From the NCBI GenBank assembly GCA_001543015.1, contig LFLC01000057.1, positions 27,457-91,456 on the forward strand: a stretch of 64,000 nucleotides of DNA. Direction: 5' to 3'. The translations under genes and the position numbers were made by a program. This DNA is from Nitrosopumilus sp. LS_AOA (GTDB taxonomy: Archaea > Thermoproteota > Nitrososphaeria > Nitrososphaerales > Nitrosopumilaceae). The notes under the pieces are model-generated. The model had not been told where the DNA came from. It worked only from the letters and a program-made list of their open reading frames with translations, and searched no databases. Shown here one piece after another: positions 9,184 through 18,352 of the stretch (within the stretch, counting starts at the first letter, position 1; every line of letters starts with the position of its first letter).

Positions 9184-10899
9184 CTATGATTGTACACTAA
9201 GAATTCCTTCTTTGATCAAAAATTGAATTCCTTGAACAAATGATGAATCATCAATGGAGCCATCAGCCCACCAGCCTGCATTATTTTTAATCCATGCAGG
9301 AATTTCATTGGAAGTAGAACTAGTGCCTTGTGTGGTTGGTGGAATCTTTAAAACATCTTCTTTGATCAAAAATTGAATTCCTTGAACAAATGATGAATCA
9401 TCAATGGAGCCATCAGCCCACCAGCCTGCATTATTTTTAATCCATGCAGGAATTACTGCTGGAGATTGAATTTCAGGTGTAGTTGTTACAGTTTTTCCTA
9501 GATTTGGTCCAATCTCAATAATACCTGAACCAATTCCGGCATACTTTGGATTATAGTCTAATCCTGTGCCATAAGCTAGAATATCTATTCTGTATTGACC
9601 TTGAGATGGAACATAAATTTTTTGAATATCAATTCCTTCAACTGCAACAATACCTAGATTCAGAGGATCATCTCCAGAAAATCTTTCTAGTTCTTGATTA
9701 CTTGCATTATCAATAAATGAAATTGAATATCTAATGTCTTTGATTAAATCTCTGTTTTCATTAAAAAATGTAATTTCAAAAGGTACATCATCACCTGCAC
9801 CATAATTTCCATCCCATGAAATATTTACTGTAGTTGGAACTTGTTCATTTTGAATGTCAACTAGATAAAATTCAGTTGAACTCTTTGATACTTCACTAAG
9901 TGGAACTAATTTCAAATTCATCTTTTTGTTATCATAATTATCTGAACCTAATGTTTCATTGATTTTTTGTAACTCATTTTTTGTAATTAAGAAATGAACA
10001 ATATTTGTGTCATCATATGAATAAGGATCATTTAGTAATGCTCTTTGATCAATTTCTACACCATTAACATATCCTTTGAATTGTTTTCCTTCTGCATAGG
10101 GTGCAAATGATTTTGGAACTCTAACTTCTTCATGTACTACTTGTACCAAATTAACATAATCTGGACTCCAATCAAATGGCATATCAAATGAGATTGAATT
10201 ATCTGATTCATCAAATTTAAAATTATCAATATCATCATAGTATGTTTTTACAACAACTGGAACTTCAGCATATGCGGTTTGAATAAAAAAGTCTTGTTCT
10301 TGTGCAACACTAACAAAAGTATCATAACTTAGCATATCAGCAACTAAAGTTCTTGGGCTAGTTGCAGCTTCAATGTTAACTTTGATGTTGTATAATCCAC
10401 CTTTTACAAATATTGGACCTGTGATAGAGGGTCTTGCACAAATATCCAAATTATCATCATTACATGCTACACCGTATACGTATAGAGCACCAGGAGCACT
10501 AACATGCTCTGAACCACCATAAGTTGTACATTGATGAAGATTAACTGCATCACATCCAGATTGTGGTTTAATTTTTACATCTAATCTTCCATCATCATCA
10601 TAAAAAAAATTTCTAGCTAAAAGTTCACCACTTTGCCATAATTCCACTCTAAATGTAACTTGATCAAGATTTTTGTCAGTTAATGTATCAAAGAAACGTA
10701 TCTGCATATTTGCAGAATCAATTTCTCCAACTGTGATATCAGATGGAGATAATTGTGTACGTACAGTTACTTCCATATCACCAAATGATATTGGTTCAGC
10801 TTGATCTCCACCTAATCCATGTCCAAATGCATTTGGAAGAACGGTAGAAATCGAGAAAATACCAACAACTATGGCTAATAATGCAAACTTGGCATACAT
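9184..10899 (-). CDS. Secreted protein, paralog 2. Mature N-terminus HGLG, a Cys-rich insert, and two identical C-terminal W-rich repeats.
   Basis: Signal peptide [26 protein letters not shown]|HGLGGD. Family motifs: [37 protein letters not shown] and NIVHF. The C-terminus is 2x [32 protein letters not shown]. Confidence 0.8.
   Translation of the reverse strand: MYAKFALLAIVVGIFSISTVLPNAFGHGLGGDQAEPISFGDMEVTVRTQLSPSDITVGEIDSANMQIRFFDTLTDKNLDQVTFRVELWQSGELLARNFFYDDDGRLDVKIKPQSGCDAVNLHQCTTYGGSEHVSAPGALYVYGVACNDDNLDICARPSITGPIFVKGGLYNIKVNIEAATSPRTLVADMLSYDTFVSVAQEQDFFIQTAYAEVPVVVKTYYDDIDNFKFDESDNSISFDMPFDWSPDYVNLVQVVHEEVRVPKSFAPYAEGKQFKGYVNGVEIDQRALLNDPYSYDDTNIVHFLITKNELQKINETLGSDNYDNKKMNLKLVPLSEVSKSSTEFYLVDIQNEQVPTTVNISWDGNYGAGDDVPFEITFFNENRDLIKDIRYSISFIDNASNQELERFSGDDPLNLGIVAVEGIDIQKIYVPSQGQYRIDILAYGTGLDYNPKYAGIGSGIIEIGPNLGKTVTTTPEIQSPAVIPAWIKNNAGWWADGSIDDSSFVQGIQFLIKEDVLKIPPTTQGTSSTSNEIPAWIKNNAGWWADGSIDDSSFVQGIQFLIKEGILSVQS
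9207..9304. repeat. Copy 1 of a perfect 98-bp direct repeat (copy 2 at 9357-9454)
   Basis: Base-by-base comparison shows the two copies are identical. The period is 150 bp. Each encodes the W-rich module of paralog 2. Confidence 0.95.
9357..9454. repeat. Copy 2 of the perfect 98-bp direct repeat
   Basis: Identical to 9207-9304. Confidence 0.95.
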
Positions 10900-11004
10900 A
10901 GCACAAATTAGTCAATTCCATATTTAAAGCTGGTATAGTATTTCTATTCATGAAAATTTTTCAAACAAAGTAGAATTTTTATTTGTCATACTAAAATTGA
11001 AATT

Positions 11005-11832
11005 ATGAAAATTTTGTTGGTATTGTTACTTGTTACATTTATGATAATTCCAGCTTTTGCTGAAACACAAACTTTACCAACAGAGCAAGGAACATTAGAT
11101 GTAAAACTAACATATGATACAATAGAACAAGACATTCTAAATAAAATTGGTATTGAATTTATTAATCCGCAAACACAAAAGATACAAATTCATATTGATT
11201 ACATAGTTACAGTTTCAAAAAATAATGAAACAGTTTTTGGGCCCACACAATTAATTCACACGTCTGAAGGAGCTGTAAAAATCCCAATTGAATTTAATCT
11301 TGGTGAAGGTACATATTCTATGAATATTGAAGTACAGGGAATTTTATTTAATCCAATTCCACCAGAAACTGTTTCATTTGAGATTTCAGTAGGTGAGGCT
11401 TTTGCACAGCCAGATTCTGAAAATGGAGTAGCAGAAGATACTTCAAATGGAGGCGGTTGTTTAATTGCAACTGCAGCATTTGGTTCAGAATTAGCACCTC
11501 AAGTACAACAATTAAGAGAACTTAGAGATAATACTATTTTATCAACAGAATCTGGAACTGCATTTATGGCAGGATTTAATCAATTCTATTATTCATTTTC
11601 ACCAATAGTATCTGATTTGGAACGTGAAAGTCCAATTTTCAAAGAAGCAGTAAAACTAACACTAACTCCAATGATTTCTACTTTATCAATAATGACATTA
11701 GCTGAAGATGGTAATGAATCACAAGTATTAGGACTAGGAATTTCTGTAATTATACTTAACTTGGGAATGTACATTACAATACCTGCAATAGCTGGCTTTG
11801 TAATTAGTAAACGCATTAAATCAAGAAATTAA
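11005..11832 (+). CDS. Secreted beta-sandwich protein with a Cys-initiated conserved C-terminal domain (CLIATAAFGS...) and a terminal TM segment
   Basis: Signal peptide MKILLVLLLVTFMIIPAFA|ETQ. The C-terminal 125 aa are homologous to the C-terminus of 19278-21014. Its first 75 aa (GGGCLIATAAFGSELAPQVQQLRELRDNTIL...KEAVKLTLTPM) are nearly identical to it. The protein ends with a hydrophobic helix and then KRIKSRN. Confidence 0.75.
   Translation: MKILLVLLLVTFMIIPAFAETQTLPTEQGTLDVKLTYDTIEQDILNKIGIEFINPQTQKIQIHIDYIVTVSKNNETVFGPTQLIHTSEGAVKIPIEFNLGEGTYSMNIEVQGILFNPIPPETVSFEISVGEAFAQPDSENGVAEDTSNGGGCLIATAAFGSELAPQVQQLRELRDNTILSTESGTAFMAGFNQFYYSFSPIVSDLERESPIFKEAVKLTLTPMISTLSIMTLAEDGNESQVLGLGISVIILNLGMYITIPAIAGFVISKRIKSRN
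11449..11673 (+). repeat. Left arm of a 225-bp inverted repeat (partner 19431-19655)
   Basis: My manual codon-by-codon alignment against the reverse complement of 19431-19655 found 15 mismatches in 225 nt. Exact runs of 51, 51 and 54 bp are present. Confidence 0.9.
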
Positions 11833-11934
11833 TCCTTTAACTCCAACAATCTGGACTTTCGCATTACATTCATCTAAAACATTGTCAAAATGATAAATCT
11901 ATCTTAACAAGGATTGAAACATTTCATATACCAA

Positions 11935-12318
11935 TTAAAGTGCAACTAGTTTTACAGTGTCCATGTTTTTGTTTGTCTGAAAATCTTTAGTCATTGTAGA
12001 TACTTTTTCTGCATCACCATCAATTACAAATAGTTCCATGCATTTTTCTTTGTCAATTTTACTATGAAGATGTGTGATGATTAGATCCTCAAAATTATGA
12101 GTAATTCCAGAAACTGCATGATCAAATTTATCATTGTGTACTACCAAAAGAATTGCATGAATATTTCCAGACAAATCTGATTTTTGTTTTTCTTCAGAAA
12201 CAAATGCTCTAATTCCTGCTCTGATTGCCTCAGACCTACCTGAGAATCCCATAGATAATTGTAATTTGTCTAATTCTGAAAGAATTTCATCATTTAATGA
12301 GATTGAAACTATGGGCAT
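11935..12318 (-). CDS. nikR: NikR-family (ribbon-helix-helix + ACT-like) metal-responsive repressor
   Basis: The RHH N-terminus is MPIVSISLNDEILSELDKLQLSMGFSGRSEAIRAGIRAF. The C-terminal His/Cys cluster reads VVHNDKFDH...ITHLHSKIDKEKC. Confidence 0.8.
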   Translation of the reverse strand: MPIVSISLNDEILSELDKLQLSMGFSGRSEAIRAGIRAFVSEEKQKSDLSGNIHAILLVVHNDKFDHAVSGITHNFEDLIITHLHSKIDKEKCMELFVIDGDAEKVSTMTKDFQTNKNMDTVKLVAL

Positions 12319-12324
12319 ATGCCT

Positions 12325-12368
12325 AATGTTATTAATTATCTTATAAGTTTAGCAGTCAATGTTATTAA
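12325..12368. promoter_or_regulatory. Two exact 11-bp direct repeats AATGTTATTAA (12325-12335 and 12358-12368) in the nikR/ABC divergent promoter. Candidate operator.
   Basis: The repeats are 33 bp apart start to start. The first lies 7 bp upstream of the nikR ATG. The second abuts the TTTATAG/TTTATTAATAA TATA-like region upstream of the 12409 start. Confidence 0.4.
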
Positions 12369-12408
12369 GATTTTATAGATTTATTAATAATTTGCATTAA
12401 CTTGGTTT

Positions 12409-13305
12409 GTGAATATTCAAGTAAAAGCTGCAATAATTGCTATAGTAATTATAATTCCATTAAGCTCAATTGCAGTTTATGGGACTGATTCAAATCAACA
12501 ATTTACAAAAAACGATAATTCAAAATTACAAGTAATTTCTTCATTTTATCCCCTCCATGAATTCTCTCAACATGTAGGTGAGGACAAAGTTGATGAAATA
12601 TTACTTGTTCCAGTTGGAGTTGAACCACATGATTGGGAACCAACAATTAAAGATGTACAAAGAATGCAACAATCTGATCTAATTATAATAAATGGAATTG
12701 GATTTGAAAATTGGGTTGACAAATTAGATGAAACAAATTATCAAGGTGTAATAGTTGATACAAGTAATAATATTTCAGATGAGGAATTAATTAAAAATTC
12801 TGGAGATCCACATATATGGCTAAATCCAGTTTATGCAAAAATCCAAGTACAAAATATTGCAAATGCTTTTTCTATTTCAGATCCTGAAAATCAACAATTC
12901 TATCAATCAAATGCTGTAAAATATATCAAAGAGTTAGATTCACTTGATACAAAAATTCAAAATGAATTATCTGATTGTACTCGTGATTTTGTTTCTTTTC
13001 ATGATGCGTTTTCATACTTTGCAAAAGAATATGATCTAAACCAACATACTATCATTTCATCAAATGGTATGCATGGAGATACTACTGCAAAAAAATTAGA
13101 AAATGTAATTACAACTGCAAAAAAATTTAACATTACAGTAATTTTTAGTGAAGAAAATACTGATACTAGAACATCAAAAATTATTGCACATGAAATTGGT
13201 GGAAAAGTTTTATTGTTATCTACTTTGGAAGTTTCTTCAAATGGAAATTATATTTCCAAAATGACTGAAAATCTTGAAAATCTAAAGGAGGCCCTATGTC
13301 AATAG
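12409..13305 (+). CDS. Metal ABC importer, cluster-9 (TroA/ZnuA-like) substrate-binding protein
   Basis: GTG start and an N-terminal anchor helix. Ligand-region motifs are FYPLHEF, EPHDWEP, DPHIWLNP and SFHDAFSYF. There is no His-rich loop. Confidence 0.8.
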   Translation: MNIQVKAAIIAIVIIIPLSSIAVYGTDSNQQFTKNDNSKLQVISSFYPLHEFSQHVGEDKVDEILLVPVGVEPHDWEPTIKDVQRMQQSDLIIINGIGFENWVDKLDETNYQGVIVDTSNNISDEELIKNSGDPHIWLNPVYAKIQVQNIANAFSISDPENQQFYQSNAVKYIKELDSLDTKIQNELSDCTRDFVSFHDAFSYFAKEYDLNQHTIISSNGMHGDTTAKKLENVITTAKKFNITVIFSEENTDTRTSKIIAHEIGGKVLLLSTLEVSSNGNYISKMTENLENLKEALCQ

Positions 13306-14015
13306 TTGAAATTAATAATCTCACAGTTCATTATCCAGATGTAAAGGCCCTTGATGATGTGAGCTTTGTAGTTAATGAAGGCGACTTTTTAGGCATAATT
13401 GGACCAAATGGTGCTGGAAAATCCACTCTTTTTGATTGCATGTTGAGGCTAAATACCAAATACAAAGGGATAATCAAATTTTTTGGAAAAGATATTAGAG
13501 ATTCAAAAAATTATCTTAAAGGAATTGGATATGTTCCACAAAAACCAATTTTTGAAAAAAACTTCCCAGTTACAGTAAACGATGTTGTACAAATGGGGTT
13601 AAGAAATGAATCTGATAAAGAAAAAATTGATGAAATATTACAACAGTTATGGATACATGAATTACGTAACAGAAGAATTGGTGAGTTATCTGGAGGACAA
13701 CAACAACGAGTCTTTATTGCAAAAGCATTAGTGCATGATCCAAAAATTTTGATTCTAGATGAACCAGTAGCTGGAATTGATCAACAAAGTATTGAATTAT
13801 TTTATAGTATTTTACGTGAACTAAATTCTAAACAAAAAATTACAATTATTTGGTCTTCTCATGATCTTGATGCCGTAAATAAACTTGCAAATCATGTAGC
13901 ATGTTTGAATAGAACATTATTTTTTCATGGTGAATCTGAAAAATTCTTTTCTGATGACAAGCTTGTAAAGCAATATTCTGAAGCATCAATGCAAGAACAC
14001 ATGCATCATCATTAA
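13296..14015 (+). CDS. Metal ABC importer ATPase (ZnuC-like)
   Basis: Walker A GPNGAGKST, signature LSGGQQQR and Walker B ILILDEP. The C-terminus is a His tail, MHHH. Confidence 0.85.
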   Translation: MSIVEINNLTVHYPDVKALDDVSFVVNEGDFLGIIGPNGAGKSTLFDCMLRLNTKYKGIIKFFGKDIRDSKNYLKGIGYVPQKPIFEKNFPVTVNDVVQMGLRNESDKEKIDEILQQLWIHELRNRRIGELSGGQQQRVFIAKALVHDPKILILDEPVAGIDQQSIELFYSILRELNSKQKITIIWSSHDLDAVNKLANHVACLNRTLFFHGESEKFFSDDKLVKQYSEASMQEHMHHH

Positions 14016-14017
14016 TC

Positions 14018-14836
14018 ATGTCATTTGAAATTCTAACATACAGCTTTATGCATAGAGCATTAATTTCTGGAATTGCAATTGCAATTCTTTGTTCAGTTGT
14101 TGGCTTATTTTTAGTATTGAGACGTTATTCATTATTTGGTGATGCAATAGCTCATTCATCATTTGGTGGAATTGCATTAGGTTTGCTAGCAGGTGTTTAT
14201 CCATTGTTGACTGCTTATGGTGTTTCAATAATTAGTGCATTAATAATTACAAAAATCAAGGACAAATACAATATTTCAGGCGATGCATCAATTGCTGTAC
14301 TTTTATCCTCAGGAATAGCAGTTGGGCTCGTAATTATTGGTTTTTCAGGTGGATTTACGATTGATATCTTTAGTTTTCTATTTGGAAGTATTCTTTTAGT
14401 TAGTGTAGATGATACTATTCTAATTTTATCATTAACTGGAATCATTCTAATTGTAATTTTATTATTGTATAGACAAATTCTTTATTCCACATTTAATGAA
14501 GAACAAGCTAAAGTTAGTGGTATCCCTGTTGAAAAAATTAATTATTTGATTGTATTTATGGCAGGAATTACTGTGGTGACAGCAGTTCAACTTGTAGGTG
14601 TTTTGTTAATTTCAGCCCTATTTGTAATTCCAAATGTTACTGCAATAATGTATGGAAAAGGTTTCAAACAGACAGCAATAATCTCAATGAGTTTCTCTGT
14701 TTTTTCTGTTGTTGCAGGAATTTTAATTTCATATATTTTTGACATTACTCCTGCAGGAACCATTGTTTTATTATCAATTGGATTACTTGGAGGAACAATG
14801 GGGATAAAGTCAGCAGGACTATTATCTAAGAATTAA
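14018..14836 (+). CDS. Metal ABC importer permease (ZnuB-like)
   Basis: 272 aa and polytopic. It follows the ATPase gene directly, and the ABC-3 family pattern is present (GDAIAHSSFGG). Confidence 0.85.
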   Translation: MSFEILTYSFMHRALISGIAIAILCSVVGLFLVLRRYSLFGDAIAHSSFGGIALGLLAGVYPLLTAYGVSIISALIITKIKDKYNISGDASIAVLLSSGIAVGLVIIGFSGGFTIDIFSFLFGSILLVSVDDTILILSLTGIILIVILLLYRQILYSTFNEEQAKVSGIPVEKINYLIVFMAGITVVTAVQLVGVLLISALFVIPNVTAIMYGKGFKQTAIISMSFSVFSVVAGILISYIFDITPAGTIVLLSIGLLGGTMGIKSAGLLSKN

Positions 14837-17606
14837 TTAAAGAGTTTAGTCTTCTTTTATCTTGAACACTTTTTACATAAAACAATGATGTTGCAATAAT
14901 TCCTAATGCAACTAGTGGTGATGCAATCTCTGTATATTTTAATTCAAAATTACTAGTTGTTTGTATTTGTGATGGAATAACTGGAATTTCTGTTATTTTT
15001 ATTGTTCCAAGCTTGTTTGATTGCTGTTCTACAAACCATACATTATCATTTCCATCTGTTGTCATGAATTGTACAAATGATGTTTCAGTTGGAATTGGAA
15101 TCTCGATCAAATTATTGTTATCTGGATCATATACTCCGATATTATCTACTGTGTGTTCTGCAAACCAAATATTCCCATATTTGTCAAGTGTCATTCCAAA
15201 TGGTAATGCATCTTTATTTGGTACTGAAATTTTCTCAAATGTCTCTAAAACGGGGTTAAATTTGGTAATTGCTGAGCCTGTATGTTCTGCAATCCATAAA
15301 TTTCCATCATTATCAAACATTAATGCTTCAGGGGACTGAAGTGGAGAGTCACTTGAGAATTGAGTAATTTGATTATTTTCAGGATTAATGAATCCAATTT
15401 TACCTGTACCTGATGTAGAATACCATATTTTTCCATCATCATTTACTGTTAAAGCAAATGGAAATGACTCTCTTTCTAATTGTATTACTTCAAATGTATC
15501 TAATTCTGGTAAATATTTTACAATACTATCTTTGTTTATGATACTTATCCAAATATTCCCATCAAAATCTGCTTGAATAAAGATTGGAGCGTTATCGGAT
15601 ATTGTAGGATCTAGATTTGGAATTGTTTTTGTTGTAATTTGTTTATTTTCTGGATCAAAGAAACCAATTTGATTTCTTGGAGTATCTACAAACCATATTT
15701 TTCCACTATTATCTTGTGTTAGAAACATTGTAGCTAGACCATCAAATGAATATGAAGTAAATTCTTGTGAATCAAGTGAAAATTGCCACAATCGTGGAGA
15801 TGATGCATCACTTAACCAAATAGAATTTTTTCCATCATACAATGGGAAAAGAGGTTTAGCATCTTTTGGTAATTCATATTCAATTATTTGAGTTTGAATG
15901 TTTACTAGTTGTGGTTTTATCAGTAAATTCATTATTTTTGATTCGTTAGCATTCTCAGTTCTTTGTGCTTCAACTTCTAATAACCAAACTCCAGAAAATC
16001 CAAATGTTATTTCACCTTGAAATTCAGTTGGTCTGTTCTCACTTTGTTTGATTAAATTCATTGGGATTTCAATTGGAGAGATATTTTTTAATGGATTTGA
16101 AATTTTTACTTTAATTTGATTTGAATCTGAAAGTGGTTTATTTTCAAAGTCACTCACTTTAACTAGAATTGTATTTACACCACTTGAAAATGGTGAAATT
16201 TCAATGCCAAATTTTGCTTTTTCAGTAAATTCGATAGTCTTAAAACCATAGATTATTTCTTGTGCTTCAACTTTTTGAATTTCTCCTGCTGGAAGTGTTC
16301 CATTAGTTAGTAATGCCACTACTCCTAATAGAGCAATTCCCAATACTACATCAACTTTGAGTGATCTCTTTAGTTTTCTATGAACAGAAATTTTTCCTGA
16401 CTGAATATTTTTTTCTGCATTTTTTTGTATTCGAAACTGGAAAAATCCACCAAACCCAATTATTATTGCAGCAATTGCAATTTTTAAAATAATTAATTGG
16501 CCATAAACGGATTCTGTAATTAATCCTACATCACTTTCTAAGAACCACATTAGAGTTGGTCCTGTAATTAATACAACACCAATTGCAATAATAAAAGCAA
16601 TTGAAAATCTTGGAATAAGTAATAAACTCATTTTCTCTCGTTTTGATTCTTTTAACTGTGCAAATGTTGGTAATAATGTGAAAACAAAATAGAATATTCC
16701 ACCTATCCATACTGCTGAAACTAAATTATGTATGTAATCTAAAACAAGTGCAGGTGTTTCTCCACTAGCTGCACCATGTCCTATTAAACTTGAAGTTCCA
16801 ATTAATACAAGCATTGCTACTAACATTGATATTTGATTTTTCTTTGATAGAACTTTTTTCCTATTCAATCCAAACCAAATTCCCAGTAAAATTACCGTAA
16901 TTGTCATTCTAATGATCCAAATGTTTCCAAAATCGGTTTGAATTGCATCAAATACTGATGCTTCTAATCTAATAGATTGAATAGCAATCATCAAAATATT
17001 TGAAATAAAAATTAAAATTAGTCCTATACCTGTAAGTGTCATAAATTTTCTATGATGGAATGTTTCTATCTTGTCTAATTCTTCTCGAATTAATTGCTTG
17101 TTTTGTGTACCCCAAATTATTAGAGATGAAATTATTACTCCTAAAACGATTGTTTGACCAACAAGACCTGGAAACCTAGCTCCTGCTTCGGGTAAAAATA
17201 CTATTTCTGATGGTCTTTCAAATTCTAATGATGCAGAATCTACTATAGCATTACCTATTGCAAACAAGAATGCATCAGGAACTAAATGCCCATCAACTTT
17301 TGAGAGAACTTTAGTTGTTACAGTATAAACTCCGTCTTCTAATGGAGGAGTTGTAACAATAAGAGATAATTCATCTTCAAAGTAATCGGTATCTTTGTTA
17401 TCTATTTGATTTCCATTATTATCAAGTACTTTTACTTCACTAAAGTTTATGTCAATTGGTTCTGAAAAAAATATGATTACTTCTGAAGTACCCGTTGGAG
17501 CATTAGATACTAAGCTTGGAATAGTTTCTTCTGTAAATGGATGTGCATATACAAGTGGAATTGATATTGATGAAAATACAAGTAATAGTATTAGCAATCC
17601 TCTCAT
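14826..17606 (-). CDS. CopC-CopD fusion extended by a YtkA-like Ig domain, a Vgb/NHL-like beta-propeller and a C-terminal TM anchor
   Basis: 926 aa. The signal peptide is ...IPLVYA|HPFTEE. The CopC domain includes DGVYTVTTKVLSKVDGHLV. About 8 TM segments form the CopD-like region. Repeated propeller blades include IWFVDTPRNQIGFFDPENKQIT, IWYSTSGTGKIGFINPENNQIT, LWIAEHTGSAITKFNP, IWFAEHTVDNIGVYDPDNNNL and VWFVEQQSNKLGTI. Confidence 0.85.
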   Translation of the reverse strand: MRGLLILLLVFSSISIPLVYAHPFTEETIPSLVSNAPTGTSEVIIFFSEPIDINFSEVKVLDNNGNQIDNKDTDYFEDELSLIVTTPPLEDGVYTVTTKVLSKVDGHLVPDAFLFAIGNAIVDSASLEFERPSEIVFLPEAGARFPGLVGQTIVLGVIISSLIIWGTQNKQLIREELDKIETFHHRKFMTLTGIGLILIFISNILMIAIQSIRLEASVFDAIQTDFGNIWIIRMTITVILLGIWFGLNRKKVLSKKNQISMLVAMLVLIGTSSLIGHGAASGETPALVLDYIHNLVSAVWIGGIFYFVFTLLPTFAQLKESKREKMSLLLIPRFSIAFIIAIGVVLITGPTLMWFLESDVGLITESVYGQLIILKIAIAAIIIGFGGFFQFRIQKNAEKNIQSGKISVHRKLKRSLKVDVVLGIALLGVVALLTNGTLPAGEIQKVEAQEIIYGFKTIEFTEKAKFGIEISPFSSGVNTILVKVSDFENKPLSDSNQIKVKISNPLKNISPIEIPMNLIKQSENRPTEFQGEITFGFSGVWLLEVEAQRTENANESKIMNLLIKPQLVNIQTQIIEYELPKDAKPLFPLYDGKNSIWLSDASSPRLWQFSLDSQEFTSYSFDGLATMFLTQDNSGKIWFVDTPRNQIGFFDPENKQITTKTIPNLDPTISDNAPIFIQADFDGNIWISIINKDSIVKYLPELDTFEVIQLERESFPFALTVNDDGKIWYSTSGTGKIGFINPENNQITQFSSDSPLQSPEALMFDNDGNLWIAEHTGSAITKFNPVLETFEKISVPNKDALPFGMTLDKYGNIWFAEHTVDNIGVYDPDNNNLIEIPIPTETSFVQFMTTDGNDNVWFVEQQSNKLGTIKITEIPVIPSQIQTTSNFELKYTEIASPLVALGIIATSLFYVKSVQDKRRLNSLINS

Positions 17607-17700
17607 TTACTCTTACGATCATCTTTGATAATTTAAACAGTTTATCAATAATTCGAGATTTATCCCATTTCACGTAAAGATAATAATATGTAATTTCCAA

Positions 17701-18339
17701 TTGGATATAGTGAAGATTATACTCTTTGTCTTTATTGGATTATTATTTTCAATTGGAATGATTATACCTTCATTTGCTCATACAACAGTTCATGTTGAAG
17801 AATATAGTATTGAAGTTGGTTGGGGAATTGAACCACCTGTTGTAGGAATTAGAAATGAAATTGTCTTTAAAATTACTGAATCCGGAGAAAATGAAGGAAC
17901 TTATTCTGGAGTAACTAGTGTCTTCAAAGATGTTGATGCAACTGTGATGTTTGGAGGTATATCAAAAAAAATAGATATTAATTCAGATCCAAGACCTGGA
18001 TATTATTTTTCACCGATTATTCCAACTAAAATAGGAACTTACATGGTAGAACTAAAAGGTGAACTAAGAGGGATTCCAATTGATATTAAAATTCCAGTTG
18101 AAGATATAGAATCTACTGCAGTACTGGATTTTCCACCTACAAATAGTGAAGGAACTGCTGATGTAACTGCTCTAAAGAATGCAATATCCTCTTTACAACA
18201 AGATGTTTCGAAACTAAAATCTGGTAAAACTTCTGTTCCATCTGATGGTGGAGCAGCTTATGACTTTGCAATATTTGGATTATCAATTGCTGCAGCAGCT
18301 ATCATTCTGTCGATAATTGCTTTAATAAAAAGAAAATAA
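17701..18339 (+). CDS. Secreted, C-terminally TM-anchored beta-sandwich protein with mature N-terminal His. Possible YcnI-like Cu-binding protein.
   Basis: TTG start (a GTG at 17710 is also possible). The signal peptide is ...IIPSFA|HTTVHVEEY. The C-terminus AAYDFAIFGLSIAAAAIILSIIALIKRK is a TM anchor. The gene lies divergent from the CopCD gene. Confidence 0.55.
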   Translation: MDIVKIILFVFIGLLFSIGMIIPSFAHTTVHVEEYSIEVGWGIEPPVVGIRNEIVFKITESGENEGTYSGVTSVFKDVDATVMFGGISKKIDINSDPRPGYYFSPIIPTKIGTYMVELKGELRGIPIDIKIPVEDIESTAVLDFPPTNSEGTADVTALKNAISSLQQDVSKLKSGKTSVPSDGGAAYDFAIFGLSIAAAAIILSIIALIKRK

Positions 18340-18352
18340 AAAAGAGGGATTC

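Noticed and set aside
14826-14836. 11-bp convergent overlap of the ABC permease and copCD 3' ends
   Set aside because: Short convergent overlaps are common in compact genomes. I see no structure or motif suggesting a specific function.
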